64,000 nucleotides of DNA. Origin: Epiperipatus broadwayi (taxonomy: Eukaryota; Animalia; Onychophora). Under the pieces are notes generated by a model that was given only the letters and a program-made list of their open reading frames with translations, searched no databases and was not told the DNA's origin. Below, piece by piece: positions 13,801 through 27,899 of this stretch. The first letter of the stretch is position 1; each line of letters starts with the position of its first letter. The stretch lies in NCBI GenBank assembly GCA_028023455.1, contig JAQFVV010000002.1:27528001-27592000 (forward strand). The letters are read 5' to 3'. The translations under genes and the position numbers were made by a program.

Positions 13801-14900
13801 AGGTATTTTTTTCAGATGATATACTCCACTGTTTTTTCATCTCTATATAAGATTGTTCTATATATCGTCCTACTAATAATATTCCAGTAATAGTTGAAAC
13901 AATTATTAGCAATTTGTAAAAACAATTATCCACACAATTAATTGCCTATGATCTCACAATGAGATGGATCAAATGTTTTAACATATAAAAAATCTCTATT
14001 TTTTAAATAAAGCAAGTTCACCAGCTTGTATTTTTCAATTGCAAAAAAAATTTAATATTATATTTATCATTAAAACATCCACCTCCCCATCTCCATTCTG
14101 AAACCCAAAATATGTACCTGACATGTAATACAAATTTCCTTCTATTAATTATCCATGCATTTAAGGTAAGGCTGTGTAGCAAGATCATAACACAATAATT
14201 TATAAAGTCCTATTGTTTTTTCTTCTTATCCGTTATTATCTAATTTTTTAAGAGCACACACAATTTGCCCCACGTTTCATTGAAGTAATTAATATTTCTA
14301 TTCAATTTTTCGGAAACTTTGTGTTCTGGTACATTTGAAGTCCAGTGTTTTTAAAAGCTGATAATACTAACAGTTTTGAGTATATATTTAACTCAACATT
14401 GTTTTAACTTTTTATTTCTTTCTTAAAGTTAAGAAATAAAAACAAATCAAACTACAGTCAACATATGCATTTGAAGAATAACGTACGTGAAAGATATATA
14501 AGTGTATCTGATTTATTTTGTCGTTGTTAAAGAGATACATAACACCCCTCTTCAATACTATAAGTCATCATTTAAACATTCAATATGCTAAATGGAAAGT
14601 AGACATCATCACTCGATAGTTTAACAAAACTCTATTAAATTTTAAAAGCCACAATATAAGCAGAAAAAAAAAAACAAACAGCAAATAACACGCACACACA
14701 CACAAAGCTCCCAGAAAGGCAATGTGATACAAGAATCAAGCGACATAACAACCATTAATTTCAAAGATTATATTCTCATAGCTCACAATTAGATGGCATT
14801 ACATCTTTTATTTGAATAATCAAACACACAATATTTTTCTTTATAAGAAATGTTTGCACTATATAGAAAACCTTTTAAAATAAATAAATCATAAACTTAC

Positions 14901-14987
14901 TTCCTGATAAAAGATATAATCCGTTGGGATCCACGGCAAGACTTGTCACAGCATCTAAATGTGCTACCATGGAGTGGAATAGTTTAC
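14901..14987 (-). CDS. STRN: Striatin exon (87 nt): (G)KLFHSMVAHLDAVTSLAVDPNGLYLLSG
   Basis: Matches GKMIHSMVAHLDAVTSLAVDPNGIYLMSG. Acceptor acaag, donor gtaagt. Confidence 0.97.
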
Positions 14988-17382
14988 CTTGTAAATAAAC
15001 AAGAAAAGTGAAAGTTTTTAAATATTTTTAAACAATTATATATACGCACTACATACTATAACATCAGACTTTATATTAACTTGTTTATTTTAGCTTAAAA
15101 ATATTTCATATTGCAGAAAATTGCCACATTAGTATGAAGTTTATAATAATTAAAAAAAGTAAATGCAACTTTTTACATACATGACAATTTTCTGTGAATA
15201 ATAATAAAAACTGATGATTATATTTATGAAAATGGACTAAACAATTATATGCCCTTCTCGATTGAGCCTATTTCAACATAAAAGATGTTTCAAAAGCAAT
15301 AATTATCAAATCAAAATATTAATATTTAATATTAGGATTTTTTTTACTAAAGTCACCAATGACAATCAATAATAAAGCTTTAAAAGATTCATTCTAGAAT
15401 ATATTTTTTTTACAATTAAAGCTGTTTATTAATTAATTAATCCCTTTCAATTATCTAATAAAAACCTTTTTTAATCCAGTCTTCTATATAAATACATATA
15501 ATAATTAACTCTTTGCGCTGATTACTTCATATCACCATAATATTCAGTGATGCGGGTTTTGATTATGCTCCCATCATTACTAATTTACCACGTAACGCTA
15601 TGTGTGTGAGCTATTAGATTCATTCACTAATGAAGATTAGAATATTGTTAAGAACAGACTAATGAAATAGTATGATCTGACTGTATTGCGCTCCATTTTT
15701 TATTAGTTGTAAACATGATTTTTTTTTTGTTTAGGGCAATTTACCGAATTGTGTGAATATAAAAAAAATTTATTGAAATATATAAATTATTTAATGTTTT
15801 CCGTGGCAGTTTTAATACTGCATATTATTCAAAATTTAATACATGTGTTTCATTGTGATCTTTTTCCTTCTGTGATTTAATTTCATTTTATGCTCATAAA
15901 TTCAAAAATATTAAAATGGCTTGTCAAATTCACTGGCCATCTTACACATACACTTGTTTTCTTTACACAAAATACTAAATAATTTGTTTTTCAATGTAAT
16001 AAAAACATACTTAATTATTTGATAACATTTCAAGTCCAGCTGCATGTGGCTTCCACATTTAGATATGCATATAACTCAGTTACTACAAATTTATGAATTT
16101 ACAATTACTTTTAACTTTATGCTGCGTTTTCATTTTAGTAGGACCCATCATTGGCTGCTCTAAACTGGACATTTTATCACATTGTGATTTTAAACCTCCA
16201 TCCAATTGATATGCTTTTCCTATTTCATTACTTTCCTTATAGACAAATAGGACCTAACTAAATTAACAATTCTTCCTTTACTTGCTGATACTTTTGGCAG
16301 TAAGTTACAAAGTATAGATTATATATGATCTTCTTTGTCTACGGGGCTGACTTTGTTTCACATTCTGTCTTTTAGTTAACTTTTCTTTGTCAATATTTAT
16401 GGTTTTTATGCTTTACCTATATTTTGTATATTGTAAGCTATTTAAGAGACAATTTAGCACATATTTTGACTGCTAAGATGAATTTGGAGTTTTTAGCCTG
16501 CAAAATAATTGATATTATTGATTTTTCCTCAGTTGTGAAAAAAGTTTGCTTATAATTATCTTTAACACCTCAATAAAATATAAGTATATCAGTTATATTT
16601 ATTACGAGATAATATAAGTACATCTGTTATCAGTATTAATATCCCTGATTTCCTTTTAGTTTATGTTTACTAATACCTCATTCTTAAATATAAATTTTTT
16701 AGAACTTGTTTTACCAGAAATTAATGTTTTATTTATATTATTTGAAGTGTATGTTTATTTCTACTGTAATTGTTGACAATATTTACAAACGATTAATCTA
16801 ACAAATCAAGTTATTTGTAAAAATATATCATATATAAAAAAATACAGCTCTTACAATATGATTATTGTATAACCCGGTCCAACTTTAATATGATTGATAA
16901 ATTGTGGCAACCTAGATTTCACAGCGCTGTATTTCTGAGCTACAGGATGTAAATATATACATACAGTATTAGAAAATGTCTATTTATTTTGTTCATAAAT
17001 TCCCATTAGTTGTTGAGAAATTTCTTGTTTAACGTATTCTTGTTCGACGTAAGAAAAATTGCAATTTCAAAATATACAATTCAAATTTTTTTTATTTTAA
17101 ATATTTGATTGTTTACAATTACTACTTATTAATAAAATAAAATATTAAAAAATCTCTATATTAATTTTGTACGTTTTACTAATAGTGAATTTACAGTTGA
17201 GGATTTGACTTTTATTTGAATCGTTATAAATATTTTCTCGTTTAATGCACTAGTATACATTGTATTTTTATTATTTATTGCAAAAAAAAAATAAATACTG
17301 AGAAATCTCCAAATATTAACTTTTCTGGGAAATATCTATAAATTGTACTAATGTGTGTACTTACATGATGCTATTGCCCATT

Positions 17383-17700
17383 GTAGTTTGATACAGTGGA
17401 AGAGTATTAGACTGAAATATGATAGTCTCGGATTGACCCCAATCCTTCCAGTGCTCAAATTACTTATGAACTCCCAAAGAATAAAACCAACTGATTATTT
17501 ATTTTATTGGATGCTGTAAAAGGCATATGGCTTTACTGCTCGAGAGTTTACAAGAAGTTTGTACACCAGAATGGCGAGTGCCAAAACCAATCCTGGTACC
17601 TCTCGATCCAAAGTCCGACACTTTACCAACTGCACCAAACCTTGCAGGATGTTTGACGCTATTAAAAGTTATGACTTAGAAATGGGCAGTGTTCTTGGTT
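17383..17700. mobile_element. tRNA-derived SINE-like sequence
   Basis: Minus-strand head ggtgcagttggtaaagtgtcggactttggatcgagaggt (17575-17636) has an A-box and anticodon-like arm. A second tRNA-like head faces it on the plus strand at 17383-17445. B-boxes are degenerate. Confidence 0.4.
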
Positions 17701-20284
17701 AATTCCAGCCAGTATATTTAATGAAAATTTAAAAATACTGCAGTATTTATAAAAAACACAACTTTGATTTCTTTCAAATTAAAAATATAAATTTTAATCT
17801 ATATAAACATAAAAAAACCCTCATATATATAAAACAGTTTAAATGAATTAAAATTCCAGATGATTAAAAAAAAAAATTAGAAGTCCTACTGACAATTGAT
17901 AACTGGAAAATTAGTACTCAATATTTATATTGATAATAATAAAAAAAAGCATCCCCTAGAAGACAATAATAAAAATCAATAACCACTTAAAAAAATGGGA
18001 GAATTTTCAGCTATCCAGGAGTTTATTAGCAGTGACCTAAAACTGCTTTTTATTTCATAACATTATGAAATAATATGTAACACTATGATAATTTATAGAT
18101 TCATTAACAACAGTATAAATAAAAACACACCACCAGTATTCTGGAAAGCAAATAAAAAGCTACTAGAGTAACTACAATTTATTTAGAAAATGATTTTTAA
18201 ATTATTTTGTGTCAGCTGTAAAAACTATTTAAAATAGGAAAAACCCATAAACAGAATGCATGAAATCAGAAAATAGTTAAAATGAATTAAAGAGGGGAGG
18301 AGTGTGTGTGATTCTGAATCTATTTAAGTGATGTAGGCACTAAAACCTTTATTCTTTTTTTTGAATTGCAGACTGTATCAGAATTGTAATTACATCAAAA
18401 ATATACTGTAGTCACAGTCAGTTCATTTAATGCTATTTTTGAATGTAAATATTACAAATGAAAAAAAAAGACAAACATAAAATTTATATAAGTCTGGTAT
18501 CAAGAATGACATCAAAACTTAAATGTCAATGAATTTTGAGAATGAAAAATGAACTAAGTTAAATTATTATCTTAGAAAATGGAGTGTGGAATGAAGTTTA
18601 ATATATAACATGTCTGGCTGATGTCATATAAAACACATAAGTAATCAGCATAATTCTCACTAATATCATGAAAAAAATCTTTATGCTTTGCTTATTATAT
18701 AACATATCAAATAAACTTGTTTACATTTCAGTATCACTTAGGGACACAGCACAAACAGTATGTCAAATAAAACTTAAGAATCAATATCAAAAAGAACTAT
18801 ATTTTATACTTAATAAAATAATGCTTAATAAGAATTAAGCTGACAAGAGCAATCTATCTATGATCACTATATAAAAGTGAAAGTTCGTTTGTAATTTTAT
18901 AACTCAACAAACATTGCACCAATCCTGAAGAATTTTGCACAATTTTCTTTCCTTTTTTGTATTCTTCACACGATTGTCCTGAATATATTTCTATTTCCTG
19001 TGCTTTGCAGTCATTGTTAATTGCTTCAGCTTTAGAATGTTCTCTTGCTGTTATTTTTAACATTACAGTGCTAATTTTGGTATCAATAGGACAGAAGAAA
19101 CATGAACTAAAATATTCATGTTTTAATAACAAAATTAATCAAGAGAAAGCAGTATTTTAATTTTAAAATATTTCAAAGCAATCTAAGCATAACCTTTCAT
19201 GAAAGTAATAGATGTCTTAGTTCTTTTAACTGCAGCAGAGAATTTCTGATTGGTTAAAAATTTGCTTCCTTTGTTTTATTCTTTCGTTTTGATTTTCTTT
19301 CAAGAATTCCTTCACTTTGACTTGACTTTGAAAAGTAACATTTACACGTTTTACATGATTTCTTTACCCATTTATTATTTTTTTTCACCTTCAAAAATAA
19401 TGTTTAGAAGATTACTATTGAAAAGAAATCTACAATGTGAAGCTAGAAATTGTCATCAGCATTTGCTTCCTTTATTTCAAATATTCCTTTCCTTGTTTTG
19501 ATTTAAAAAGTAAAAAAAGGAAAACATATGCATTTTCCATATTTCTTTTATACATTTATTACTTTTTTCATAAAATATTTTTGTAACATTTATTTATTCA
19601 GAGCTATCATATGATTAGATGTAGAATTTATTTAAAAATAGTTAGTTTTAGAAGAGTGAAAAAATAATAATTGTAAGGATGCCATTGTTAGAAACATTGC
19701 TATAATTTTACTGCTTGAGAATTCTCCTTGCCATATTTGAAAAAATATAAAAAAATCTGAACTTTAAAATATTTAGTTAGCTTTTGAATATCTAAACAAA
19801 AATGCATTTAGATACTACCGACTAATTTGAATAATCCTGATTTTTCAAATTCAAGTTTGTTATAGTGACGAAATAGAACTGACTATAAAATCATATCCAT
19901 TGTTCTTAGGGTTTAGTATTTTTTTTTTTTTTTTTCATATTCAAAAAATTAAAATCAAACTTTTAAAAATTATTTTCAGTTCTCATGTGTATATCTAATG
20001 AATAATTCAAAATTTATAAAGAATAATGGTAACACTGAACACATTAAGACTGGACATTTGGTTTGACATTTTCTACCATTCATACCAGAAGGAACATGGT
20101 TTGTTTTTTTAAAAATTGTAATTTGGAATATAAAAATGAGTGGAAAATTTTTTAAATGAAAAGTATAATTTCTGAAAAAGCAAACTAAAATTTGATTTTG
20201 TAAATATATTTTAAATTAATTAAATTGCATTTATAATAACATATTTAATTTCTCATTTGAATAATGATAATTTAATTCAGTTAT

Positions 20285-20522
20285 AGTAATGAATTTGATA
20301 AACTTTTAAGACGTCAATTTAAATACATATTTATCAAGCAAAGTAAAATTTAAAATGGCACTGGTTTAGCAAGACAAATACTACTGAATTTGGATAAACT
20401 TTTACTATAAAATTGATAAACTTTTAGGATATCAGTTTAAATGTATTCAACATATGAAAAAGTAAATTTTAAAATTACATGGGTTTAGCAAGAGAAATAC
20501 TAAATTCGAGAAACTTTTACAA
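20285..20522. repeat. About 120-nt diverged tandem duplication
   Basis: ttgataaactttta and ggtttagcaaga(c/g)aaatacta each occur twice. Confidence 0.7.
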
Positions 20523-21446
20523 TTTCTCTTTAAGTATATTCTTACGTGATAAAATAAGATGTTGAGGTTTGCATACTAAAATACATACCAGAGAAGTGAA
20601 AAGATAATAAATTTTGGAAATGCAGGCAAAATTTTATTTAATAAATCTATTATTTAAAGTTCATTTGAATCATGTACGACGACATAAAAATTTTGTAGGC
20701 ATTTAAAAAATTAGCACATGAGAAATATAACTTATTTTAAAATTATTGTTTATTGTTGCATGCTGTTGATAACTATCAAACTTTCTACTAACGCGAAGAT
20801 ACTAGAGTTTGAAAGTGGTATACATAAACATCAATACATCAAAAATAGAACCTAGTTAATAAGATTAAGAAATTTCTACTGCTCAGAATATAATCTCCAT
20901 ATATATATAAATTAAGAAGATATATTAATAATCAATTGCATTATATTCTTTTATTTTTATTATTACTCTATTAATCTGTGGGTCAGCTTTGCATGTGTTA
21001 ATAAAATAAAATAATGTAGTAGAGAAAATATATTTAAAGAATATTTACATGAAGTAATATAATAATACATAAATTATTAACAGCAGTTAAAAATAAAACA
21101 TTGCTTATAAAAATGTGTTACAATAGTTATTTTTACCAGCTGCTGATATCTCAAGTATTATTATTATTTCATAAAAACAATTATTAACTACTTTACATTC
21201 TTTTGACCTAATAAGGAGAGCAAAGTCATGGATATAGTGGAATTTGAATTGATGATGTTTGCTTCTGCTTTGTTTTCTTTTGAATTTAATGGCAGGTTTA
21301 AGAAATTAACCGAAAGTACTGCTGCAGATTTAAAGACTGTTTATAATAGTTTATTATTATAAAGAAATCAAGTCACTATCACATGACTTAATTTAACAAG
21401 CTTGTATTACAAATGTTATATAATCTAATGCTTGAATAGCCTAGCA

Positions 21447-21484
21447 CCTCACTGAGGAAGCCAGTAGCAGAAACCGGTCTGGGG
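21447..21484 (+). ncRNA. Minimal type I hammerhead ribozyme motif with weak stem II
   Basis: cctca-CTGAGGA-agccagtagca-GAAA-ccGGTC-tgggg. Palindromic ACCGGT stem III, stem I cctca/tgggg; stem II is only 2 bp plus an A-A mismatch. Confidence 0.72.
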
Positions 21485-21816
21485 ATATTCTGCAAAGCTT
21501 GTTAAGAACTTATGTGCGAATTCTATATATAACATTTGTAATACAAGCTTGTTAACTTAGTCATGTGCCAATGACTTGATTTCTTTGCAATTTTATTTTT
21601 TGCTATTAAGGCTTTGGCAATTTTATATTGCTAAAGCTATAAATATATGGTGTATCTGAACTTAGTTCAGTCCCATATGGCTATTTAAGTTAGATAACTG
21701 GATTGGAAGATATATGGATGACTGAAAATTTCAGATTTTCTACTTAATAGTTATCTATTAGATAAAGTGCTGGAATTGTCCTGGTATTTTTAATCTAATG
21801 CTTGAATATCCTAGCA

Positions 21817-21860
21817 CCTCACTGAAGAAGCCAGTAGCAGAAAACAGTTTGGGATTGGGG
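21817..21860 (+). ncRNA. Degenerate hammerhead motif, tandem copy 370 nt after 21447
   Basis: cctca-CTGAAGA-agccagtagca-GAAA-acagtt-tggga. Stem III and cleavage triplet are mutated. Confidence 0.55.
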
Positions 21861-22871
21861 ATATTCGGTAAAGCTTGTTAAGAGCTTATACGTGAGCTCT
21901 CTATATAATAATAGTTTATTATCGTTAAATTTATTATTTTTATTATGATTACAATTTTGTTTGAATTAATGGACATTTTATTCATGTTAGTTAATATATA
22001 TATATTTCATTATAAATCACATCATCCCAAACAATGCATAAAATTACTCAATAAAATAGCAATCTACTGACAAAGCAACATTCAGAAAGAAAAACTTATG
22101 GCTTATATCTCATCATGGAAAGATCCTTGAACTTTTCAGAATCACTGCAGACAGCGCATTACTTTTACTATTACCACAATATAAATTCATATTTATAAAA
22201 CTTTATTCAAGTTCATTATAATAATATAAAAATATATATATATGAAAAAAAAGTTATAAAAACAAACAAAAAAATATTTGTATAATAATAATAAAAAAAT
22301 ATTAATTCTATTGACAAAAACAAAAATTATTATTGAAATGTTAATATATATTTTATATAGAGATATTGAAAATTTTTTCATAGTTTTATATGTTCTTTCA
22401 AAAGATTTTCAGAGATTATAATATTTTTTTAAATGAATTGACTATTGATGGCTAAAAATTATTTCACTAAAAATAAATGTTTAGCTGTAATTATAACATA
22501 TTGGACAGCTATTACTAGATTCCAAAATGTTCTTGATTTTTCTAATTTCGCATATTGGATATCACAGAAGGTGGGATTAGTATTAAATTTTATTTTTCTT
22601 AAGTCTGGTTTTAAGTCTTGGATAAAATAATCTAATTTAGATTGCAAATTAAAAAAAATGTTAGAAACATTGCTCGAATTGTTATATTTTCATAAAGAAT
22701 ATGTTCAAACTTTTTAAAAAGCAAATCTTCTTTGACAAAGCCAAAAATTTTATTTTATTTTCCTTAAAAAAACTTGCCACTAACACATATATATATATAT
22801 ATGCTAACTCCAAATTAATTTTTAAATATAAAATTACTTTGCAAAATGTCCTTAATTATTACGTCAATTAC

Positions 22872-22979
22872 CTGTATTATTATCAAAAAAGCGAATATGC
22901 CTATCTTCATGTGCTGTTATAGTAATTGGCAATGTTGGATGACTGATAACACGGTTGATTTGGTCTACAACTCCAGTTT
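22872..22979 (-). CDS. STRN: Striatin exon (108 nt): (E)TGVVDQINRVISHPTLPITITAHEDRHIRFFDNNT
   Basis: Matches INRVVSHPTLPVTITAHEDRHIKFFDN. Follows a 123-bp intron; acceptor tttag, donor gtaatt. Confidence 0.97.
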
Positions 22980-23102
22980 CTAAATGAGTCCAAAAATAAA
23001 CCTCAATCATTATTTATGCATGAGTAAAAAAAAAAAAAAAATTAAATGTATCACAAATAAAAAAATATAACATAAAACTGTAATTCCTACCAATTAATTT
23101 AC

Positions 23103-23243
23103 CTGAGGAAGATTTGCTTTCTAATCTTATGACAGGTTTGCCCGTTTCTAAATCAAAAATGATGGTGTTGGATGATGTGTATGCTGTCACCATTTGAGCT
23201 GGGTCACAACGAACAAAATCAACTGATGTAGGAGTACCATCAC
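23103..23243 (-). CDS. STRN: Striatin exon (141 nt): (S)DGTPTSVDFVRCDPAQMVTAYTSSNTIIFDLETGKPVIRLESKSSS
   Basis: Matches GIPTSVDFIGCDPAHMV..FDLET. Acceptor ttttcag, donor gtaaat. Confidence 0.96.
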
Positions 23244-26200
23244 CTGAAAAAAAAAAAATCAAGTCAACATTAATAATAAAAAAAATAAATAAAATTGCTT
23301 TTAATAAAGTGAATCACTAAAAAAAATTTAAATGACATTTTCAAAAATACTTATTATAACAAATTAAAACATATTTGTCGCAATACCAGACAATATATAG
23401 TATTACAGAATCAGTATCAGGTTAAAATTATTTCAAAAAGATTTGAAATACAAAGCCATTTTTTAAAAACAATTTCGTTATATTAAAAAATAAATAAATT
23501 CTTAGTATAAAAAATTGCACTGCGGTAAAGACTGATAATAGAATGAATATTTAAACTAAAATATAAAATTAGTGCATTAGATATGCTGTAAATAATGATA
23601 AACACGTAAATGGTTGAACATACGCACAATGATCACATTTATCATGATCACAATCTGGAGTTAGAATTCAGAAGGAACTAGGAAATCTTATTTCATATAG
23701 TTGAAAAATTCTATGAAAGCTTAAGGTTTTGATTCAGGTAGTTAGCTTATGTATTCAGTTCATCTAACCTTTTTCAACAGACAGCAATAAATGGATATTT
23801 AGCTAAAGAATATAACAAGAAAATGAGTAGCATGATAATATTTTTTAAGTACCTCTGCAGAAGGATATTGTGAGGTATTTGCTATGCAATATTATAATTT
23901 AAGATTGTTTTTCATCCATCCATATATTTTTATTTATTACAGAAGTATATTTTATATAAAAAAGATGATAAAAGTTACATATTATTTAATTCACAGATAG
24001 ATAAAAAAATCATGCGTAAGAATGCTGTAGTTTAATCGACTAATTATTGAAAGTAAGAAATCATTAATCAAAAAATTAAGATGTATCAGTTCACTGGATG
24101 AATAATAAAGATAATGGAATGTTTTTCCAGTCCTTTTTTTTCCGTTAATGAAAAAATCTGACTGCTCATTAAAACAAAACTGAAATATCACTTGTTCTTA
24201 TGAGCAAATAATATTAAAGATTAGATTGTTAATTCGCACAGTATAAATTCTTATCCTACACCTTAACTTTAGCATCTTGCTCTTAAAAACTCAATGTATA
24301 ACTTATATTCATTCCCCAGCAATATGTTTTACCTTTTCTTTCATAATTCAATAACATTTACATAATTTTCGATTTTGATTTACTTTTTGCTAAGATTAAA
24401 AAAAGGCAAAAAGACGATTTTTTTTTAAAAAAGATTCAATTACAATTGCTAAGTCCTACAGAACATTATAGATAAAAAATGAAGATGGGGGAAAAATCAG
24501 AAAGGATTAATAAGATATTATCATTGATATTGTTTTATTTTGTATTCAATCTATTATTGCTATAATCAATTCACTGAATGGAATCACATATAACTCATAA
24601 AGAAATTAATTCACAAGAAATAAAATGTATACATTTATTATTGAATTTATTAACCACACTTTTTAGCAAACAAAGTAATACAAAACTATTCCAGAAGTAA
24701 GTAATTGACAACAATAAGTATATTCAATAAAAGAAATAAGGAAGGATGCTATAAAAATAAACGTATGTATTTATATTTTCTTCAAAAATAATTTACATTT
24801 CTGCAAGCAAACCAATTCTCAAAGTAATTGATAGCAATAAGAGTGTTAAATGAAAGCAATCCATAAGGAATAAAATGCAGGTATATGCCCATATGCAAAA
24901 TGAAAGCATTTAAATAAGAAATAGGTTCCAAAAAATAATCCAACTGTAAAAAAAACGTATGAAATAAGAGTATAAAAAATAATGTACACTTTGGCAAGAC
25001 AAAAAAGGATCTATAAGAAAGTGATTGAAGGCCAATACATGAGTTAAAAAAAAAAAAAAACAATTCATAAAAAGTGAAATGTAATAGACGAGTCACTTCA
25101 TATTTCTCTCTGTTACCAATTTAGAAGATAAGTTTATTACATCAAAGCATACAATGGGAAACATACATTTCATAAAATATAGGCAGCCATGAGTTGTACA
25201 TTTTATTATTTTCATAGTGCAATCACTTGCTAAAACATCATAACTAGATTACTTTTCAGAATGCACTTCTTATTAAAATGTCTTATAATATATGCTTCTT
25301 ATAGTTTAGTTTCAATGCAAAATATGAAGCAAGATATATATTCACTTTGTATTTCATTTCATAACTGCATTTCATTAAAATCTTATGGACTATGTTCATT
25401 TAGCATATCTTTTGCCATCAATTACTTTTATAGAGCTTTGTTTATTAAAATGTAAATTATTTTCAAACAAGACTGATAGTCAATAATAAATATGTAATTT
25501 TATTCCTTATGGATTAGTTTTATCTATAGTTCTAGATAGTACTATCGAAAGGACAGACCATCCAAATTCAGATAGATTACATGAAAATTAAGTTATAATA
25601 CCATTATATTTGCAATTTAATGAAGCAGAGAGAAAAACTAATTAGTTTATTTTTTCGATTATTATTGTAAAAAAATAGTGATATAAAAACAATTTTAATT
25701 CATATAATATTTTCAGCAACATTTAAGTGTAAAACCATGAAAGGTATATGAAGGGGGGAGAGAGAGGCACATTATTAATTTAATCAACAAAGATATTAAT
25801 TTAGAAAGACTAGGAAATCAAGAATGCCTAATCATTAGTACACACTGGATGGAGATGTACAAAATCAAATAGTAAGGATCAATGTTTCAAAAGGATATCT
25901 GTATATTACAGAATATTTGACAAATATATCTAGAGTTCGAGGATAAAAAAAAAATAATTGACTGGATTCTTTAATGATTTTAATTACTTTGTCATATTTA
26001 ATGTTTTGCAAATACAGTTTAATTATTTTTGCAAATTTGCATGTAATGACTTTGAGAATCGAATAATTAAGTTTGTATGACTTCAGAAAAAAAAATTAAA
26101 TGAAGCATTAACTATAGCAAAAACACAGAAAATAGGATGCCAAAAAATTTTGATGCAATCAAGTTTTCAGAGATTTACTAGTTATTATTTTTTATACTCT

Positions 26201-27899
26201 GATCCAATAAATAGAGAAATAGAAATTCTGATGGCTTCCAATTAATGATTTCCTAATGAAACGGTATTATTTAGTCATCATCCTGTTTCATCTACTATTT
26301 TCCATACTAGTATCTTTTTTCCTAGTTTAAACCCATCCCAGCCCACGTATATAAGCACTTAATAATTTATTTTTATTGTAATAGCGTATATTTGTGTATT
26401 TGTACAGGTGCACACATCCACAAGCCATATTAATATTTGTATGCATATAATGCATACGTAGTTATAGAAATATTTAATAAAATGGTATAATTTAAATTAA
26501 GTGCGTGAACATTGTTATACATGTGTAATTATCTAAATATGTATGCGAAAGTAGCTGTAATGCAATGGATTTAAAAGCATTATAACTCTTTTAAATTAAT
26601 TTAAGAATTGCGTTATTTTTAGTTAAAAGATTCTTTATTTAAAGGCTTTTGTATATAAATTTCTATTCCAGGGTGGTTAAACATAAACACAAATATATAC
26701 TAAAATGTTTACTGACTTAAAACTCTTTTAAATAAAAAGTTTATCTGTTTTATAAAAATCTGTAATTCTTAAAAAACCATCTGCAAGTAATTAATCAAAC
26801 TTTTAAAATTTTCAAAATTTTAATGTCTTTTAAAAATAAAAACTAAGAATAAAAAGCGACCTGTTTGACCATTATTGTTTTCACCAGAAATGACCAAAGG
26901 TTTCATTTTATGCATTTTTAATTATTGGTGAAACTTTGTAAAAAATTATAAACAAGTCGCTCAAATTACAGATTTTTCTAGTATAAATAACTTTAAGCTT
27001 TGCTAAGGGGGGTTGACTCGCTAAAATTTTACTATGCAAACTTTGGGAAAAACAACCACTGCCTCTCTCCCTTTGTAGAGAAAAATGGTCAATGCACAAG
27101 CCGGAGTTCAAACCTCACCAGCCTGCTAAGAAGACAGCATCAGAAGATATCAGCCTAATCAAGAATGATGGTGATCAACTACAGAAACCTTGGCAGAGAA
27201 TACGCGGTAACAATTTTCCACAGCTCTTTAAAACAATTCTAAAAACTTTATAAATGAACTCTAAAACTTAAGCTAGCTAATCTATAAATGTGCACAAACT
27301 TTTAAATTTAAACTGTTATATTGTTTTCATAAACTAAAAGTTAAAATTCAATCTGTAAAATTATAAATTAACTTTTAAAAATTGGTTTAATCTGCAACTT
27401 ATGATTTATAATTTAACTTTAAAAATTTAATACTTGCCTATTAATGTAAAATATAAAAATCTAAACGTTTATTATTCTATCTTCTAATCTGCAGTCATGC
27501 CTTCCTTATTTATTTTATATATGTTATTTTATAATTATGTATGCCCAGTTCAGAACGGAGATTGATTTTATGAATAAAGTTGAGGGATGATTAGACACTC
27601 TCTCCGCGTTAAGTAATGTTGCTCTTTAGCACACATACTTAATTTCCATTCTGAAAACCTAAATATTTTCGTTAAGCTATTATGTTTAGCTTATTATTAT
27701 TGTTATAGTGTTGAAATTAGGTTTGCAAGTCAATAAATAATTAGTTAATAAATGCAAGAATGAGTTAGAAAGCATATTATAAATATTGCTTAAACTCCAG
27801 ATATACTTTGATCTTCTTTTAAACTGTATTATAGACTATGTAGATTTGGCTAATAAAATTAGATTACTTTTAAGTATTCCTTTTTAGCATGTTTTAAGA

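Larger units (their letters stand above)
21358..21907 (+). mobile_element. Non-autonomous hammerhead retroelement (retrozyme-like / PLE-derived): inverted 5' arm plus about 1.3 tandem 370-nt monomers
   Basis: Direct repeat starting at 21421 and 21791. Inverted repeat 21361-21420 vs 21528-21586. Flanking 15-bp direct repeat ataatagtttattat at 21343-21357 and 21908-21922. Confidence 0.72.

Noticed and set aside
15211-15240. CTGATGA...GAAA motif
   Set aside because: No convincing stem I, II or III and no NUH triplet; expected by chance in AT-rich DNA.
26228-26275. ctgatgg...gaaacggta hammerhead-like spacing
   Set aside because: The core is mutated and no stem II pairing is possible.
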